Positions 1-11,700 of a stretch of 64,000 nt of DNA are shown piece by piece. Both the position numbers and the translations under genes were made by a program. This stretch comes from Vampirovibrionales bacterium. Lineage in GTDB: Bacteria; Cyanobacteriota; Vampirovibrionia; Vampirovibrionales; Vampirovibrionaceae. A model generated the notes under the pieces. That model was not told the DNA's origin. It saw only the letters and a program-made list of their open reading frames with translations, and ran no database searches. Position 1 is the first letter of the stretch. Every line of letters begins with the position of its first letter. The DNA is taken from contig JADJRF010000005.1 of NCBI GenBank assembly GCA_016712355.1, positions 2,255,819-2,319,818 on the forward strand, read 5' to 3'.

Positions 1-150
1 GAATTCGCCGACTATCTGGCTATCGAGCCTTTAAAGCTGGAATGTCAGCATTTTTTAAACTGTGTGCGCGACAATCATCCGCCTCGCACCGACGCCGCTG
101 ACGGGTGCGCCATTGTCGGCCTGCTGGAAGCCGCCCACGCCTTAATTTAA
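1..150 (+). CDS. Gfo/Idh/MocA-family oxidoreductase, C-terminal fragment (5' end lies outside the window)
   Basis: Frame +1 is open from base 1 to TAA at 148-150. The tail ...EPLKLECQHFLNCVRDNHPP...DGCAIVGLLEAAHALI resembles C-termini of Gfo/Idh/MocA dehydrogenases. Called from memory of the family only. Confidence 0.4.
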   Translation, partial: EFADYLAIEPLKLECQHFLNCVRDNHPPRTDAADGCAIVGLLEAAHALI

Positions 151-175
151 AGCTTCTGCCGCTAAAAAGCGCTGA

Positions 176-1636
176 TTATTCCGCCAACATGGCCTGAATA
201 ATCGGGGCCAATAGCTCAGGATTGGCGGAGCCTTTGGAGCGCTTCATGGCCTGCCCCACGAAGAAGCCCAACAGCTTGTCTTTTCCGGCGCGGTATTGCT
301 CTACCTGCTGCGGATTATCCGCGATCACCGCAGCGACGAGATCGCGCAACGCGCCCGTATCGCTCACCTGAGCCAGTCCCCGGCTTTCAACCAGCACGCG
401 CGGCAAGGCGCCGTCGTTGAGAACGTCGGGGAGTATTTTCTTGGCAATCGCCGAGGAAATAACATTCTCTTCCAGCAGATCCGCCAGCTCGGCCAGGGCT
501 TGCGGCGTCAGGCGGGTATCGGCCAGCGAGCGCCTGTCGGCTTTCAGGGCGGCGGTAATGTCGCCAATCAGCCAGTTGGCGAGCGTTTTATAGCGCGGCG
601 TCAGCGCAGCGGCGGCCTCAAAGCAATCGCCCAGTTCTTTGACGTCCACCAACAGATTTGCGTCGTAAGCGCTCAAACCGAATTCTCCGGTGAGCCGCTC
701 AAAGCGATGATGCGGCAATTCCGGCGAGGCGGCGCGCAGGCGTTCTACCCATTCGCGCGAGACGACCAGCGGGCGCAGGTCTGGTTCGGGGAAATAGCGG
801 TAATCGGCGGAACCCTCCTTGCCTCGCATCGAAAGCGTCACGCCGGTGGCTTCATTCCACAGGCGGGTTTCCTGGATGACGCGTCCCCCGCTTTCAATCA
901 GCTCGATCTGACGCTGGGCTTCATACTCAATGGCGCGTTGCAGGGCGCGCGCGCTGTTCATATTCTTGATCTCGGCCTTGACGCCCAGCGCCTGCTCGCC
1001 GAGGGGACGCACGCTCACATTGGCGTCACAGCGCATCGACCCCTCTTCCAGATTGCCGTCGCACACCCCCAGATAGCGCACGATGTTGCGCAGTTGCGTC
1101 AAATACTCCCGCGCTTCTTCGCCGGATCGCAGGTCGGGCTCGCTGACAATTTCCAGCAGCGGGGTTCCGGCGCGATTGAGGTCCGACAGGCTGTAATCGG
1201 AACCCGACAAGCCATCGGCGCCCGCATGCACCAGCTTGCCGGCATCCTCTTCGAGGTGGGCGCGCAGAATCCGCACCCGGCGCCCGCTGTTCAGCTCCAT
1301 CCAGCCGTGCTGACACAGGGGCATATCAAACTGCGAAATCTGATACGCTTTCGGTAAATCAGGATAAAAGTAATGCTTGCGATCGAATTTTGAGACTTCC
1401 GCAATCTCGCAATGAATCGCCAAGCCCAGCATAATGGCGTATTCCACCGCCTGACGGTTTAAAACCGGCAGCGCGCCTGGATATCCCAGACAGACCGTAC
1501 AGGTATTGACGTTGGGCGCTTGACCAAACGTCGTCGAATCAGGGCAAAACAGCTTGGAGGCGGTTTTGAGCTGAACGTGTACCTCCAGCCCAATAACGGT
1601 TTCGTACGTAGTAGCAGGAGTAACGGCGCTGGCCAT
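176..1636 (-). CDS. gatB: Asp-tRNA(Asn)/Glu-tRNA(Gln) amidotransferase subunit B
   Basis: 486-aa ORF. Its N-terminus (MASAVTPATTYETVIGLEVHVQLKTASKLFC) and overall length and composition are typical GatB. The C-terminal GatB/YqeY-like region is present (ELLAPIIQAMLAE). Confidence 0.95.
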   Translation of the reverse strand: MASAVTPATTYETVIGLEVHVQLKTASKLFCPDSTTFGQAPNVNTCTVCLGYPGALPVLNRQAVEYAIMLGLAIHCEIAEVSKFDRKHYFYPDLPKAYQISQFDMPLCQHGWMELNSGRRVRILRAHLEEDAGKLVHAGADGLSGSDYSLSDLNRAGTPLLEIVSEPDLRSGEEAREYLTQLRNIVRYLGVCDGNLEEGSMRCDANVSVRPLGEQALGVKAEIKNMNSARALQRAIEYEAQRQIELIESGGRVIQETRLWNEATGVTLSMRGKEGSADYRYFPEPDLRPLVVSREWVERLRAASPELPHHRFERLTGEFGLSAYDANLLVDVKELGDCFEAAAALTPRYKTLANWLIGDITAALKADRRSLADTRLTPQALAELADLLEENVISSAIAKKILPDVLNDGALPRVLVESRGLAQVSDTGALRDLVAAVIADNPQQVEQYRAGKDKLLGFFVGQAMKRSKGSANPELLAPIIQAMLAE

Positions 1637-1707
1637 GGCAACGGTCTTTCTTGGCTGAATAGGGCTTCAGAGCGTAAGTTCGACAAGTTCTCACGAGCTG
1701 GGGTTTA

Positions 1708-2652
1708 TTATAGCCCAAGCGCCGGTTCAGCCGAAGCGGGCGCGCCGCGCAAGCCGCGCAGACGATGCAGCATCTTTTGAGAGGCCTGCTGATACGCTTT
1801 CTGCAAAGGCAATATCACCCAGCGGCGCCACAACCGGACAATCGGGTTCTCGTTGCGACGGATCAGGCGTTTCAAGCGTCGAACCGTTTGCGAAATTTCA
1901 TTGGCCACTTGCGGAACGCGACCACACGCCGTGAAGACCTCCGCAATATCGTCAATATAGCGCAATTTCTGGGCGCGACTGACCTTGAACTTCTCCCAAA
2001 AGCGGTCGCCCTCTTCTGCGTATTCCTGAACCGTGTCGCGAATATTGGCCAACTTGTCGCAAGCGGCGATGAGCGTCGCGGTTTGGGGAGCCTCGTAGGC
2101 CACGCGTATCAGCTGAGCTCGCTTTTTGGCATTGTAATCTATCGGCGGCGCGCCGTCCGGCGGGTCGTGCGTCGTGCAGTAATCGACCAGCTCGCTGACG
2201 ACAGGCCCAAAAGCCGCCTGATCAAAACGCTGGCGAATCCGGGCTTTCATCTCCGCGCCGCCTTGATCTTCGATCGCATCGTGCAGCAAGGCTGCAATGT
2301 AGGCATCTTCCAGCGTAATATCCACGCGATGGCCGGTGCTTTTCAGCAGAGTGTCCGTCTCTATAACGGAGTGTCCCTTTTGAATAGGCGCAAACGTCAA
2401 GACATAAGCCGCGACGGTAAGCAAATGCGCCATATAGGGCGTTTGACGCCCTTTTCGTTTTTGAGACCGGTGCGCTTCCAGCGCAAACGCCATGGCCTGA
2501 TTCAGCCGCTCGCTATAAAAAGCGTCCGGATTTTCAAGGAAATCCTGCCCAAAGCGCAAAGGTCGGACGGCAGCCGGGCCTTGACTGGGCCATCGTTCAT
2601 GTCCGCGAACTTCCGGGCGTAAAAGAGAAGATAAAACGCTCATAAAAAACAC
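1708..2652 (-). CDS. HD-domain phosphohydrolase with a RelA/SpoT-type HD fold (possible small-alarmone-hydrolase-like enzyme)
   Basis: 314-aa ORF. The segment LNQAMAFALEAHRSQKRKGRQTPYMAHLLTVA...LLHDAIED matches the His...HD...D signature of the RelA/SpoT HD hydrolase domain. It lies 85 bp downstream of tpsA1 on the same strand. The true start may be an internal Met. Confidence 0.6.
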   Translation of the reverse strand: MFFMSVLSSLLRPEVRGHERWPSQGPAAVRPLRFGQDFLENPDAFYSERLNQAMAFALEAHRSQKRKGRQTPYMAHLLTVAAYVLTFAPIQKGHSVIETDTLLKSTGHRVDITLEDAYIAALLHDAIEDQGGAEMKARIRQRFDQAAFGPVVSELVDYCTTHDPPDGAPPIDYNAKKRAQLIRVAYEAPQTATLIAACDKLANIRDTVQEYAEEGDRFWEKFKVSRAQKLRYIDDIAEVFTACGRVPQVANEISQTVRRLKRLIRRNENPIVRLWRRWVILPLQKAYQQASQKMLHRLRGLRGAPASAEPALGL

Positions 2653-2736
2653 AAATCATTCAGCGAGCGATTATTTTATTACGAAAATCGCAAGTAACAA
2701 ATCTCAGCGACGCAGTCCTGTTTTGTGTCTTTACTC

Positions 2737-5700
2737 TTAACGAGGATTTGATCCCAGGACCCGTTTGACGCTTGGACTTCCTGCGCCATAAAGACCAGAA
2801 GTTTTGACGCGTTTACGAACACGCAGATTTTGATCCAATAGTTCTGACGGATCTTCCTCTGCTTGTGGAACAGGGGCAGGACCCATGTCAAGCAGATCCG
2901 CTTCAGGAATGGGCGCGGGCTCTATGCGTCTGACGGTGAGCACATCCTCGTTCTCACTTGACCCTCGAAGTGAAAAACTATGCGTATCCCGCTTTTCCAG
3001 GAATCCGCCGGGAAATACTTTATGATCCAGTAAATAGGGCGTTTGCACCGCCTGTACCGTCGGCTCCGCAGCCGGCAGGATCAACTGAAGATCATTGGTC
3101 ACAATAGCGCCAGGCGGAGGACTCACCACCACAATGGGATTGGCGACATTGCCGGTCAGGTTAATCGATGTGCCATTATCGGCCCCAAACGTTTGAATTC
3201 GCAGCTGACCGCTCGGCATCAGGACCCGAATCGGGTCATTTTGGGATCCGATACTGGACGAACCGTTATAACCGCTTATTAAAGAAGAGTCGGCCCCCGC
3301 AACGAGGTTATAAGCGGCTCCGTTACCATTTAACAGACTCCCATGACTGCCGATCGCCGTATTGCCGGCAGAAAGCTGAATCCCCGCGCTCCCGGCGTTG
3401 ACCTGCCCCAGATAGCCGCCATGGGTCAGATTAATATAAATGGGCGCGTTGTTGGTTTTAACATCCAACTTGCCCACGCCGCTCAAGTGAATCTTTAAAT
3501 CATTGTCAGCAGCGCCTACTTGCCCTGAGCCGATAGCGCCGCCGCCTTGAATCCGGAAGTTGGAGTCGGATCCCAGAGTTGCGTTGACGGCGTTCGAGCC
3601 CACGGCCGTCCCGTTGTGAACGCGGCCTGTGGTCGAAAGCGTTAATCCGCCAGCCAGGGTCGTCACACCGAGAGTAATATCTCCCTGGGTCAAGGCATCG
3701 CCCATGACCAGCGTTCCGGCTGTAATATTCGCTAAATTTGCGGTGGTCAGATTAAATGCGCTGGCAGCATGATCCAGCCCGATGGAGGCCGAGCGATTGC
3801 CCGGCGTAATGGCAATCGTCCCGGTGGGCGCGCTCAGGCTGCCATCTAACGTCAGCGCGTCGACTATCAGGCTAATCTCTTTAGCTGACAGGATCTTCCC
3901 CGCCCCAACCGTGACATGGCCGCCCGTCAGGACTATCGCGCCGCTGCTTGCATTGGCCGTCATGTTGTCCACACGCGTCTGCGCAGAAAACGCTTTTAAA
4001 TAGACGCCTCCCTGTGGGGCCGCAGCTTTTAAGGCGCTCGCCCCTGTTCCGGGAGCAACGCCGAGCGCATTCGTGGCGCTACCGATTGAGCCTGACAGGG
4101 CCGTCAGATCAATCGCGCCGGTCGTAACCAATTGCGCCGCCGTATCGGCGAGATTCAAGTCGATTATGCCATTTGCTGCGCTCAGCTTGATATCGCCCCC
4201 GCCGCCGGTCGCGATATGATCCAGCGTCAGCGCGCCGCTATGGCTTAGCGTGATATTCTGGCCGCCGGTGCTGGTGACCGTCACTGCGCCGGTGCTGATG
4301 TTCAGCCCTTGGGCAGTTGAGCCGCCAATCGCGCCCGCGCTCGTCAGCGAGAGCGTCCCGGTGGTCGCGATGTTGTCGCCTGCGTCGTCGAGATCATCGA
4401 TTGCGCCTGCTGCGCTCAGCTTGATATCGCCCGCGCCGCCGGTGACGATGCGATCCAGCGTCAGTGCGCCGCTATCGACCAGCGTCACGTGATGGCCGCC
4501 GGTGCTGGTGACCGTCACGGCGCCGGTGTTGATGTTCAGCCCTTGGGCCGTCGCGCCGCCTATGGCGCCCGCGCTCGTCAGCGAGAGCGTCCCGGTGGTC
4601 GCGATGTTATCGCCCACGTCGTCAAGATCGTCAATCGCGCCCGCCGAGCTTAGGGTGACATTCCCCGCGCCGCCGGTGATGATGCGATCCAGCGTCAGTG
4701 CGCCGCTATCGACCAGCGTCACGTGATGGCCGCCGGTGCTGGTGACCGTCACGGCGCCGGTGTTGATATTCAGCCCTTGCGCAGTTGAGCCGCCAATCGC
4801 GCCCATACTCGTCAACGAGAGCGTCCCGGTGGTCGCGATGTTGTCGCCTACGTCGTCAAGATCATCGATTGCGCCCGCTGCGCTCAACTTGATATCGCCC
4901 GCGCCGCCTGTGATGATGCGATCCAGCGTCAGCGCGTCGCTGTCGCTTAACGTCACGTGATGGCCGCCCGTGCTGCTCACCGTCACAGCGCCCGTGTTGA
5001 TGTTCAGCCCTTGGGCCGTCGCGCCGCCAATCGCGCCCGCGCTTGTGAGCGATAGCGTGCCCGTGGTCGCGATGTTGTCGCCTACGTCGTCAAGATCATC
5101 GATTGCGCCCGCTGCGCTCAACTTGATATCGCCCGCGCCGCCTGTGATGATGCGATCCAGCGTCAGCGCGCCGCTGTCGCTTAGCGTCACGTGATGGCCG
5201 CCCGTGCTGCTCACCGTCACAGCGCCGGTGTTGATGTTCAGCCCTTGCGCCGTCGCGCCGCCAATCGCGCCCGCGCTTGTGAACGATAGCGTGCCCGTGG
5301 TCGCGATGTTGTCGCCTACGTCGTCAAGATCGTCGATCGCGCCTGCTGCGCTCAACTTGATATCGCCCGCGCCGCCGGTGATGATGCGATCCAGCGTCAG
5401 CGCGCCGCTGTCGCTTAACGTCACGTGATGGCCGCCGGTGCTGCTCACCGTCACGGCGCCCGTGTTGATGTTGAGCCCTTGCGCCGTCGCGCCGCCTATT
5501 GCGCCCGCGCTCGTCAGCGATAACGTGCCCGTGGTCGCGATGTTGTCGCCTACGTCGTCAAGGTCATCAATCGCGCCCGCTGCGGTGAGGCTCACATTAC
5601 CCGCGCCGCCGGTGATGATGCGATCCAGCGTCAGCGCGCCGCTATCGACCAGCGTCACGTGATGGCCTCCGGTGCTGCTGACCGTCACGGCGCCGGTGTT

Positions 5701-8700
5701 GATGTTCAGCCCTTGCGTCGTCGCGCCGCCTATGGCGCCCGCGCTCGTCAGCGAGAGCGTCCCGGTGGTCGCGATGTTGTCGCCTACGTCGTCAAGATCA
5801 TCAATCGCGCCCGCTGCGGTGAGGCTCACATTACCCGCGCCGCCGGTGATGATGCGATCCAGCGTCAGCGCGCCGCTGTCACTTAGCGTCACGTGATGGC
5901 CGCCCGTGCTGGTGACCGTCACGGCGCCGGTGTTGATGTTCAGCCCTTGGGCCGTCGCGCCGCCAATCGCGCCCGCGCTGGTCAGCGATAGCGTGCCCGT
6001 GGTCGCGATGTTATCGCCTGCGTCGTCAAGATCATCGATTGCGCCCGCTGCGCTCAACTTGATATCGCCCGCGCCGCCGGTGACGATGCGATCCAGGGTC
6101 AGCGTCCCCACATCAGTGAGGGTAATCGCGTTTCCGCCAGAACCGGTGATAGTCACCGCGCCCGCATCGATTATCAGGCCGTTCGAGCTTGGCCCGCCAA
6201 TGACGCCGCCGCTCGACAAAGACAAGTTCGCTGTGGTCGAAATGTGAGGCCCTGCGCCCGTAATACCGCTGAGTCCTGCGACGCTGGCGAGACGGACAGC
6301 GCCGGCGCCTGCCTGAATGGCGTCAATTAACAACGAACCGCCGTGATACAGATGCACATCCTGTCCATTGGTCAGAATACTCACCGTTGCGCCGCCGCTG
6401 GTGAGAACGCCAACATCGCCCGCCCCGCTCGCGCCCACTACGCCGCTGCCCACGCCGCCGCCGCCCGTAATCGACAGATTTTTGCCGGAAGCGAGCGTTA
6501 GATTCACGGTATTGGCGCTATTTAATCCATCGGTAATCGGACCGGAGGCGTTTAAAGTCACATGCGCTCCTGATGCGGATAAATTCGCCGTCCCCAGACG
6601 GATTTCCCCGGTGGCGACGTCGCGGCCAAAGGTTATCTGGTTGGCGCTGAGCAGGCCCAATTCGGAGCCGTCAAGCCATACGGCTCCCGGCGCAGCGCTT
6701 AAGCCATCGCCCAGATAAAGATCGCCCCCGGAAGCGGCGCTAAGCAGCATCGTTTGCGCCGTAACCGCGTTCGCAACCGTCACATCGCCCAGCGAGTCGA
6801 GTGAAAACGTTCCACCAATGGCGATCGTCTCGCCCGCAGCCGCCCCGCCCAACGTCAAGGGGCCGTTGGTTTGCAGAAAGGCGTCGCCCGAGGTTTTTAA
6901 AATTAATTGCGAAGCATTCAGCGTCAGCGGCGCGGCTTGCGAGCCCAGATTAGCGCTGGCGGCAGTACGCAGATCCAGCGTGGACAGCGTAGCGCCTGTA
7001 TTCAGCCATGACTGACTCAGGACCGTCCCGGCCCCATCCCATAAGCGGACCGCTTTCGTTGCATCGGCACTAATGCTGAGACTCGCCGCAGGAAGCGACG
7101 CCTGCGCGGCGGCGTTGCGTAAAACGCCCAATTCATCATATCCCGCCGACAATCTTGCGGAAGTCCCCGCGCCGCCGGTATGCGAGACAGCCCCGCTGGC
7201 TGTAACATTGCCGTATGCGGATAAAACATCTAGATTTCCGCTGCTGGCAAGCGCGCCTGTGGCAATCGAGCTTCCTGAGGCGAGGGTTTTCAACGTGAGA
7301 TGATGCGCGCTAACGTCGCTGCCCAACGTGATGGGCGCATTGGCGCCGCTCGCGATCAACGACAGATTATTTGCGGTAATGCCGCTGATATCGAAAAGGC
7401 CGCCGACGGCTGAGCTGCTCAGCGTAACATCTGCGCCTGAAGCCAGCGTCAGAATCTTACCGCCTCTTGCCAGCGAAACGCCCGCGCCTGTAATATCGCC
7501 GCCGTTCTGAAGATCCAGATGATAACGCCCCGCCAGATTAATATCGCCCAGAATCGTCAGACCGCCTGTTTTGCCCGTATCCCCTACTTGCAGGCTCCCC
7601 GCCGTGATACGTCCCAGTTCACTGGCGTTGACATCAAACGGCCCCGCACCCGCGCCGCCGGAAGCCAGCGAGATCGCCACATTGTCATTCGGCTTAAGCG
7701 TTACGGCGCCCGTGAAGCCCGCATTCAGCGTAGAGGTTCCATTGAGCGCCACATCACGTGCGGTAATCGCCAACAGGGCGTTTTGCGTCGACACGCTCTT
7801 GCCGGTCGCCACGCTCAGCGTACCGCTTCCATCCGCAGTCGCAGAAAATCCGCTGGCAGCCGACACGTTCTCGTTAATGGCAATTGCGCCGTTGTTGCGG
7901 GTGATGAAAGACGCTGATCCCGTTCCAGTGAGCGCCACGGCGCCCTGGGTGGCGATCCCTGTTCCCGCGTCCAGCGTCAGGATTGTATTGGCGCCGCTGA
8001 CCGCGCCCAAGGTCACCGCGCCGGGCGTTTCAAACGCGATGGATTGATTATCCGCCGTAACGGCGCGTCCTGAGCCGGTTATATTGCCGCCATTACGCAG
8101 CGTTAAATTAAACCGGTTGCTGGTCGACAGATCGCCCGCCAGCGTTAATCCGCCCGTTTTGGCGGTATCGCCGATCACGAGCGACGCCCCAGACAGGCGC
8201 GAGAACTCGCTGGCGTTAATGTCGTATGTCGCCGACCCCGCGCCCGCATCGCCAACCGCCATGTCCACGCCGCTGGCATTGGGCGCAAGCGTCAATACGC
8301 CACTACCCGCCTGAATCAGGCTGGCTCCCTGCATCTCCAGACTTCGACTCAGCAGGGTCACAGGACCGTTGATCGACGTGATATCGGCGCCGGTCTGCGC
8401 GATCAGGGCGCCCGTTCCATGGGTCGTAATGGCAAGCCCGTTTGTAGCGGAGACGTCATGCGCAAGGGTTACGCTGCCGTTTGCGGCCGTTGTCGCGAGC
8501 GACAGCGATCCGATGGTCATATCTGCGCCCGTCAGCACATTTTGGGTATTCTGAACCGTCAGGACGCCGCCGACCTGGGTTTGACCGCCTGCGCCGCCCA
8601 GCGTCAGATGACTCCCGCTGTTATTGACGGACGCGTCGCCCAGCGTCTGGAAAGTCAGCGCGTTAATCGTCGAGGCCAGCGTTGAACCCACGTTGATTGT

Positions 8701-11700
8701 CGCTGCGCTGGCGCTGCGCAGGTCCAGGGAGTTCAGGACAATGGCATTATTGAAGTAAGCATTGCTGAAAACCCCGCCGCCGCCGCTCCAGATGCTGACA
8801 TCTTTGGCGGCATCGTTTGCAATCGTCACGCCCGCTAGAGAGAGCGCCGCAGAGGCATTTTGAGAAACGCCCAATGCATCATATCCGGCGGATAGTCGCG
8901 CCGATGTCCCTGCGCCGCCGCTTTGCGAAAGGGCGCCCGCCAACGTCACGTTGCTGCGAGCGGCAAGAATATCCAGATTCCCGCTGGCGGAAACAGAGCC
9001 CCCAAGCAGAATCGCGCTGTTGGCCCCCTGCGTTTGCAGCGTCAGATTCGCGGCCGTGAAAGCAGCCAAAGGCTTACTTGCCGCTGAAAAATCGAGCCCC
9101 GTGTTATCGGCCGCGGTCCTGAAAAGCAGGTTATTAAACGTAAAACTGCGGTTAAACAGGCTGGTCGTGTTGAACACGCTCCCCCCGCCCGTGAAAACCG
9201 ACAGATTTTTGGTCGCGCCGCTGGCAATCGTCGACCCAGCGCCCAGCGACAAAGCCGCAGCGGCGTTATACAGCGTCAGTCCATCGGCGCTATGCCCCGC
9301 ATTCAGGCGCACGGTACTGCCGCCCACACCGTTATGGATGAAAGTCCCGGTAATGCTCAGGTCGCTTTGCAGCGCATCCATCAGCACATTCACATTGCCG
9401 GTTCCAAACGACGTCAAGGCGCCAATCTGCACCGGACTGGCCAGCCCTTCGGTTGAAATCGTCGTTCCGCCGGTCGAACTCAAGCTGCTCAGGCTGATAC
9501 CGCTATTATCGCCCGTCGCGCCAAATGTCGTTCCACCATTGGCGGTGACGTTGCGCAGCGAGATGGCCCGGTTATCGCCCGCTGTCGTCCAGCTCATCGA
9601 CGAACTGACGGCGTTGACGTCAATCCACTTGGCGCCCGTATTGAAAAAACGATCGCTTGCCGTCAAGCCGGGCGTGGTTCCGGCGACGCCTGCATTGATG
9701 AGCGACAGGTTATAGCGCGAACTCAGATCAAAATCCCCCGCAATGGTGATTCCGCCGGTGTTGGACGTGGTTCCGACGGTCAGTTGCCCAGAGGTAATGG
9801 CATTCATCTCATTGATAGAAATGTTCAAGTCGCTCAGCGCCGTCTCACTCGCCCCAGACGCCAGACTACTGGCCAAAGTAACGGGACGCGCCGCACTGGC
9901 CGGTAAAATTGTCACCGTTGCCGTTCCAGCGTTAATGACGCCATCCAGATCAACCTGATTGCCTTGCAGGGTCAGATTTCTGTTATTGGTCGTAATGGTC
10001 CCCGCGGTCTGGCGAATACCTGTATAACTGCCTACCGTTCCCGTATTGATGAGCGTCAAAGGACTATTGACCGTCACATCGCCCGATATTGTCAGTCCAT
10101 TGGTATAACTTGTACTGCCAATAACGATCGTACCGGCGCTGAGATAGGCGAATTCGGGATTGCTCACCCCCAAAGTTCCGCCCGGAGACGAAAGCCCGCC
10201 CAAATTAAACAGCCGGGTCGTATCTCGCGCAACGAACGTCATTATGCCGGTTCCGACGTCCAGCGCGCTGTTAATGGCGACATCATTGGCGCGCACCGTC
10301 AGGTTTTTATTCGCCAGCGTAATCGGACTGGAAGCGTTTACTGTAATGAGATTACGGGCGTACAACGACAAATTGGCGGCATTCGTATTAGTCGCTCCGA
10401 TAATGGTAAACGTGCCGGTATTATCGTTACCGATCGTCACCGTGCCGGTGGTCAGTAACGCCAGCTCAGGATTACTGACGCGCATGGCCGCTCCCGGCTC
10501 GGCATCAGCGGTACTGACGCCGCCGCCCACCTCGATATTGCGCGCCGCTTGCGCCGTATAAAAATTCACGTTCCCCACCCCGGCGCCGGTGTCTAATGTC
10601 GCGTTGAGATCCAGCGTCTGGGAGTACAGGCTAATACTTTTACCCGAAGAGACTGACAGCGCGGATCCAGTGTTAATAATGGTCGAGCCGTTGCTGGCAA
10701 TCGACAGGTTGCGGTTACCAAAGCCGTAAGGCGTCGTGACCGTGGTGGCGCCCGTCGATGTCGTATTGCCCAGCGTGAGCGTGCCCGTATTGGTGAGCAA
10801 GGCCAATTCCGCATCAGAAATCAGGAGGTTACCGCCGGGCTCGACATCGCCCAGCAGGGCGGGGCCGCCGATTTGCGTAGCTCGCGCGGCGCCGGAAGCG
10901 CTCAATGTGATATTGCCGGCGCCCACGTTAATAGCGTCGTTAATATCAATGCTATCCGCCTGAAGAATCAGCGATTTTGAGCCAGTGAGCGTGATCGTAA
11001 CGCCGCTGGGCTGCGTGATGCTGGCGCTGTTGTAAAGATTAAGATCAAATCCGCGATTGATGGATCCTGAAATGCTAAGACCGCCGGTCGTGGTCGTTTG
11101 TCCGATATTCAGGCTGCCGGTGGTGGATAAGAGCGCCAGTTCGGCAGCATTCACCGAAAGCAGCGCAGGTTCGGCGTCCGTGATGGCGCCGGCGGCGTTT
11201 AGCTCGATCGCGCGGGTCAGCGTCGTGGGGCGAATGTACAGCGCCCCGCTGCCGATGCTGATAGTGTCATTAATATCCACCGTATTGGCAGTAATCACCA
11301 ACTGGCGATTCGTAGTAGAAATCGGCGCGCCCACATTGGAAACAAAGCTTCCCAGTGTTCTGAATTCCAGTTGACGCCCGCTTGAGAAGGTTCCTACCGC
11401 GGTAATCCCCGCCGTATGCGTCGTGCTGCCGAAGATGGTGTTGTAGTTTACCGCCGTAATCCGATCTAACTCCTGATCGGAGATCCACAGCGCACTGCCA
11501 GGCTCTGCATCAGCCAGCGACGATCCGCCGCCAACTTCGATAGGACGGGAGACCTGGCTGGTGAGAAAGGCGATAGGGCCTGTCCCGGGGTTCAGCGTTC
11601 CGTCCAGATCTATCGTCGGCGCGCTCAGAGTAAGCGTACTACTGCCGCTGGCCGCTATCGATCCTGCCCCCGTAATCGTCAGAATCCCGACGCCGTTGGT

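Noticed and set aside
296-1357. 353-aa plus-strand ORF opposite gatB
   Set aside because: It is antisense to a confidently identified housekeeping gene. It has no start context or homology, and its composition is the mirror of gatB codons.
2737-3200. Possible contact-dependent-inhibition (CdiA-CT toxin / CdiI immunity) module at the tpsA1 3' end
   Set aside because: No VENN or other pre-toxin motif is visible in the last roughly 300 residues, and there is no small immunity-like ORF. The downstream gene is a 314-aa HD-domain protein. tpsA1 was therefore treated as an adhesin-type TpsA rather than a CdiA.
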